Of a stretch of 64,000 bases of DNA, positions 60,971-64,000 are shown piece by piece. The DNA lies in contig MNCI01002923.1 of the NCBI GenBank assembly GCA_015680685.1, positions 344,669 through 408,668 on the forward strand. The letters run 5' to 3'. Source of the DNA: Gnetum montanum (taxonomy: Eukaryota > Plantae > Gnetophyta). The position numbers and the translations under genes are program-made. Below the pieces are notes generated by a model, which was not told the origin of the DNA, did no database searches, and worked only from the letters and a program-made list of their open reading frames with translations. How positions within the stretch are numbered: position 1 is the first letter of the stretch; each line of letters begins with the position of its first letter.

Positions 60971-63400
60971 ACCATAGATAATAACCTCCTTGCCTTCATA
61001 TGGAAGGTGGATTTCTTAAAGGATAGGGGAGGATATGGCCCACAACTAGGCTAACTAAGGTCTTCCAAAGATAAGGTTGAAACCTAGCATCTCCTCAACT
61101 ACAATGAATATAACAATGGTCGGGAATTTCTCCCCTACCACAAAGGCTTTCATGACTGTTCCCCTTACGATGACATGTGATCCATTAAAGGATTTCAAGC
61201 ATGTTCTCTTCGTTGGTTTGATTTGATCAACAAGACCAAGTTTGTCAATAACAATGTATGGGATGACATTTGTTGCTACCTTGTTGTCAACGTGCATCCT
61301 ACAGATTTTACATTGCCCCACATGGATTGTGATGAACATTGGCACAGTAATGACTTGATCCTTCTCAAGGTCCACCTTGATTACCTCATCACAAAATGCT
61401 AGGGGTGTTGAACTAGATTCCTACAAGGGAGGAGGCAACATCATAGCATGGATGGATTGCTCATCTACTGGGATGTCCTTCGTGATAGGGATAGAGGTCA
61501 ACATGTGGATTAATGCTTCATGGTGGGTAGAGGAGATCATTATTAGGTCGTACAAGCTTAATGTTGTGTTTCTCTATTTCAAATCCTGCTTGACTTGAGC
61601 CAATGTGTCAAGGAAGTCCTTTCTGCTATCTGCTACTTTGTTGTTAGCCTTCATCTCCTCCATGCAGCCTAAGAGATCAATCTCTCATGTTGGGAATTTA
61701 GGCTTTACTTGCCTTTCTTGCTTTGGAGCCTCAGTGCTTCATTGTTAATTGCTGGTTATGATGGCCTCTTCAATTCTTTGGACCATTGGGATGGAGGACA
61801 AGGGGATGGGCTTTGGTGGTCCTAGTTCCCTTTGCTCTCAATTGTGCCTAAGCATTTGATCGGTGAGGTGCTCATTGGGTCTTCTAGGTTTCCATCTTAA
61901 TTGCTTATTGTCATTAACTGTAGGATGGTGCTTTGGACAAACAAGGACTGATGCATTATCCACCATTAGACTTCAAATAGGTGGGAAGTCTACATGTTAT
62001 AGCACCCTTGCGATGAAGGGTGATTAGGCTATTTCCAATACAACATGCTACGAGGCCCTCACCACAAAGGGTGTTATGGGAACTTAAGGTGATGCCTTGA
62101 TAACAAAGGAAATCCTTGAATTGGTTAAGAATGAGGAAGTCCCGATGTCATCAGAGGGTGCATGAACCACGAATTGTTCCTACACTGGTTCTGCATCATC
62201 ACTAATGCTGATAGCATTGATGATGTACCCTGCACTGCTTACATTGAGAGGATCCTTGTAAACCCCCATTAATTGGTTTTTGGACCACACCGAGTTGGTT
62301 GCATCAACGACCAACCCACCCTTTTTAATCATGTATTGTATATTGTCTTACAATGCCATGAAAAAGTCCATATCGTGACTTTGCAATTGGTGATATTGGA
62401 AAAATTGGTCCAACCTAAAATGCTTAGGGACGATAGGCTCATTAGGCAGTGTGGCTGAAGGATTCTTGACGAGCTTGTAATATCGATCATGCTACTTATG
62501 AGCATCCTTGAAAAATTACTTATATTGGATGCATCTAGTGTGAAGTAGCTGGTCCAAGAGCTCTAACCACTTAATGGGTAATGGTGTGTACTTTGAGCAA
62601 TCCTTGCGTTGGAAGTTAGGCCTCATGGTAGCTAGTGCTACGACCAACAATGATGCAGGTTGGTTGTTTGCCACTATGCCAGAGCTAGCCGCCTTGTTGT
62701 TGTTGGCCAATGCCTTGGGAGGCTTGGTCGTTGGTTTGGTGATGGCTAGCTTAGCCTCGTTGGCCACCATTGCGATGGTTGTAGTTACCTACTTATCCTT
62801 GTCTTTGCATTTTTCCTTCTTTGCATGTAGGTTTTTGTAAGCCACATAGGTCAAATCCTTGCTAGCCTCTATCGCATCCTAGATGCTCTCTCAATCTAAG
62901 CAAATTCTTGGCTTAAGGACTATGAGGCAAGGTAGTACAATTTCCACTTGATGAAGTCATTCATAACATCTTTGAAAATAGCTAGCAGGTGCATTTCTAT
63001 GATAGACTCATAGATCTCATTGCGTGACATGCTCTAATGTTGAATGAATTTTTGCATGGGCTCTAAGTGGCCCTACTTCACTTGCATCATCTAATCCAGG
63101 ATTACCTTGGGCTTCAAGTTGTGCTTGAAGCATGTGATAAATTGGGTGAGCAATTCCTCCAAAAAAATGATGGAATCCCTGGGGAGTGCACAATGCCAAT
63201 TTAGTGCCTTGCTTATAAGGGACATGGTAAACACCTGGATGATTACATCTAGCCATGCCTATAGTAGAAGGCATTCTGACCAAAAAGTCACTAAATGGAT
63301 GTTAGGGTCCCCTTCACCATTGTACTTGGTAAATTGGGGTAGTAGGACCCTGATAGGTAGTGCCAAAGGTGGAACTACAAGACTGATTGGATCATCCTGG
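60971..63400 (-). pseudogene. Aspartic protease and gag of element B
   Basis: MHVDNKVATNVI..FNLIFGRP (61055-61375); gag KYNGEGDP, YTPLPI, QYHQ..H remnants; colinear with 46470-48800. Confidence 0.9.
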
Positions 63401-64000
63401 TAAAAGTCCATCACATGGATGGCTTCAAAGGAGGCAACCTTGAGCCGCTTAACCTCTTTGGTGAGCCTTTGGATTAGCTGGAATGCTTGATCCAGGCTAG
63501 GTGCAATTATGGCAAGCTACGTTGGTTGTGCCACTTGCTATGCTATTTGGATGGTCCACAACTTAGTTCCAAGTTGTGTGGGTTGCACCATAGACACAGC
63601 CCCTAGCCCCCATCACATGTTTGTGAGTTGGGCTATTACAAAGGATGCCAACATGACAAGCAATAGGGTGAATGACACCTAAGTTGTATGCGACTCAGAC
63701 ATGTGCATGGTGTGCACATAAGGTTGTGTAGGCATAATGGTCAAAGGTACAAAAGGCTACATAGAATTAATAGGGTGCATAGGCTACAGAAGTCACAAAG
63801 TTATGACAAAAGGCATGATAACAGGAAAGTTAAAAGGAGGTGCAACCTCTTAGCACATCTGCTATGTTTGGTGAGCAGCCACCATGGGTGTAGACTTGGG
63901 CAGTGACACCTAGTTAATGACTATCTCTGAAAAGATAGATTGGTGAGATAGTGGAGGCAAGAAGGTAAAGGTTTTTTACTTGAACAAGGCATGGAGTGAG

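Larger units (their letters stand above)
48828..64000 (-). mobile_element. Tat/Ogre-like element B (3' LTR, PPT, INT-aRH-RH-RT, part of spacer, nested insertion, PR, gag); 5' end outside window
   Basis: Colinear homology with element A on both sides of the 57400-60970 insertion. Confidence 0.8.

Overview
Eukaryotic (almost certainly land-plant) heterochromatic DNA made almost entirely of nested, decayed Ty3/Gypsy LTR retrotransposons. I see no intact host gene, RNA gene or CRISPR array. Three lineages are recognisable. (i) Four Athila-like copies (about 830-860 bp TGATG..CATCA LTRs, 'VSMDDFS' RT, a long env-like accessory ORF); one is a gag-protease-only derivative. (ii) A Tekay/Del chromovirus fragment plus a solo LTR. 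(iii) Four Tat/Ogre-like copies (TGAAAC..ACA LTRs, RT-RH-aRH-INT). Most ORFs carry C>T/G>A stops, as expected from methylation-driven deamination. The three best leads are as follows. First, a young, CpG-rich, poly(A)-tailed, TSD-flanked retroposed insert (22591-23496) whose open frame ends in a complete HPD J-domain. Second, a Tat-like element whose gag-protease and RT-RH-aRH-INT are about 6.5 kb apart; the gap holds an antisense, intron-containing accessory gene, and pol has its own conserved ATG. Third, subfamily-specific arrays of CpG-containing palindromes in the LTRs that recur next to the accessory genes. Coordinates of decayed ORFs and internal junctions are approximate, from reading by eye; all family and domain assignments are by motif recognition, not database search.
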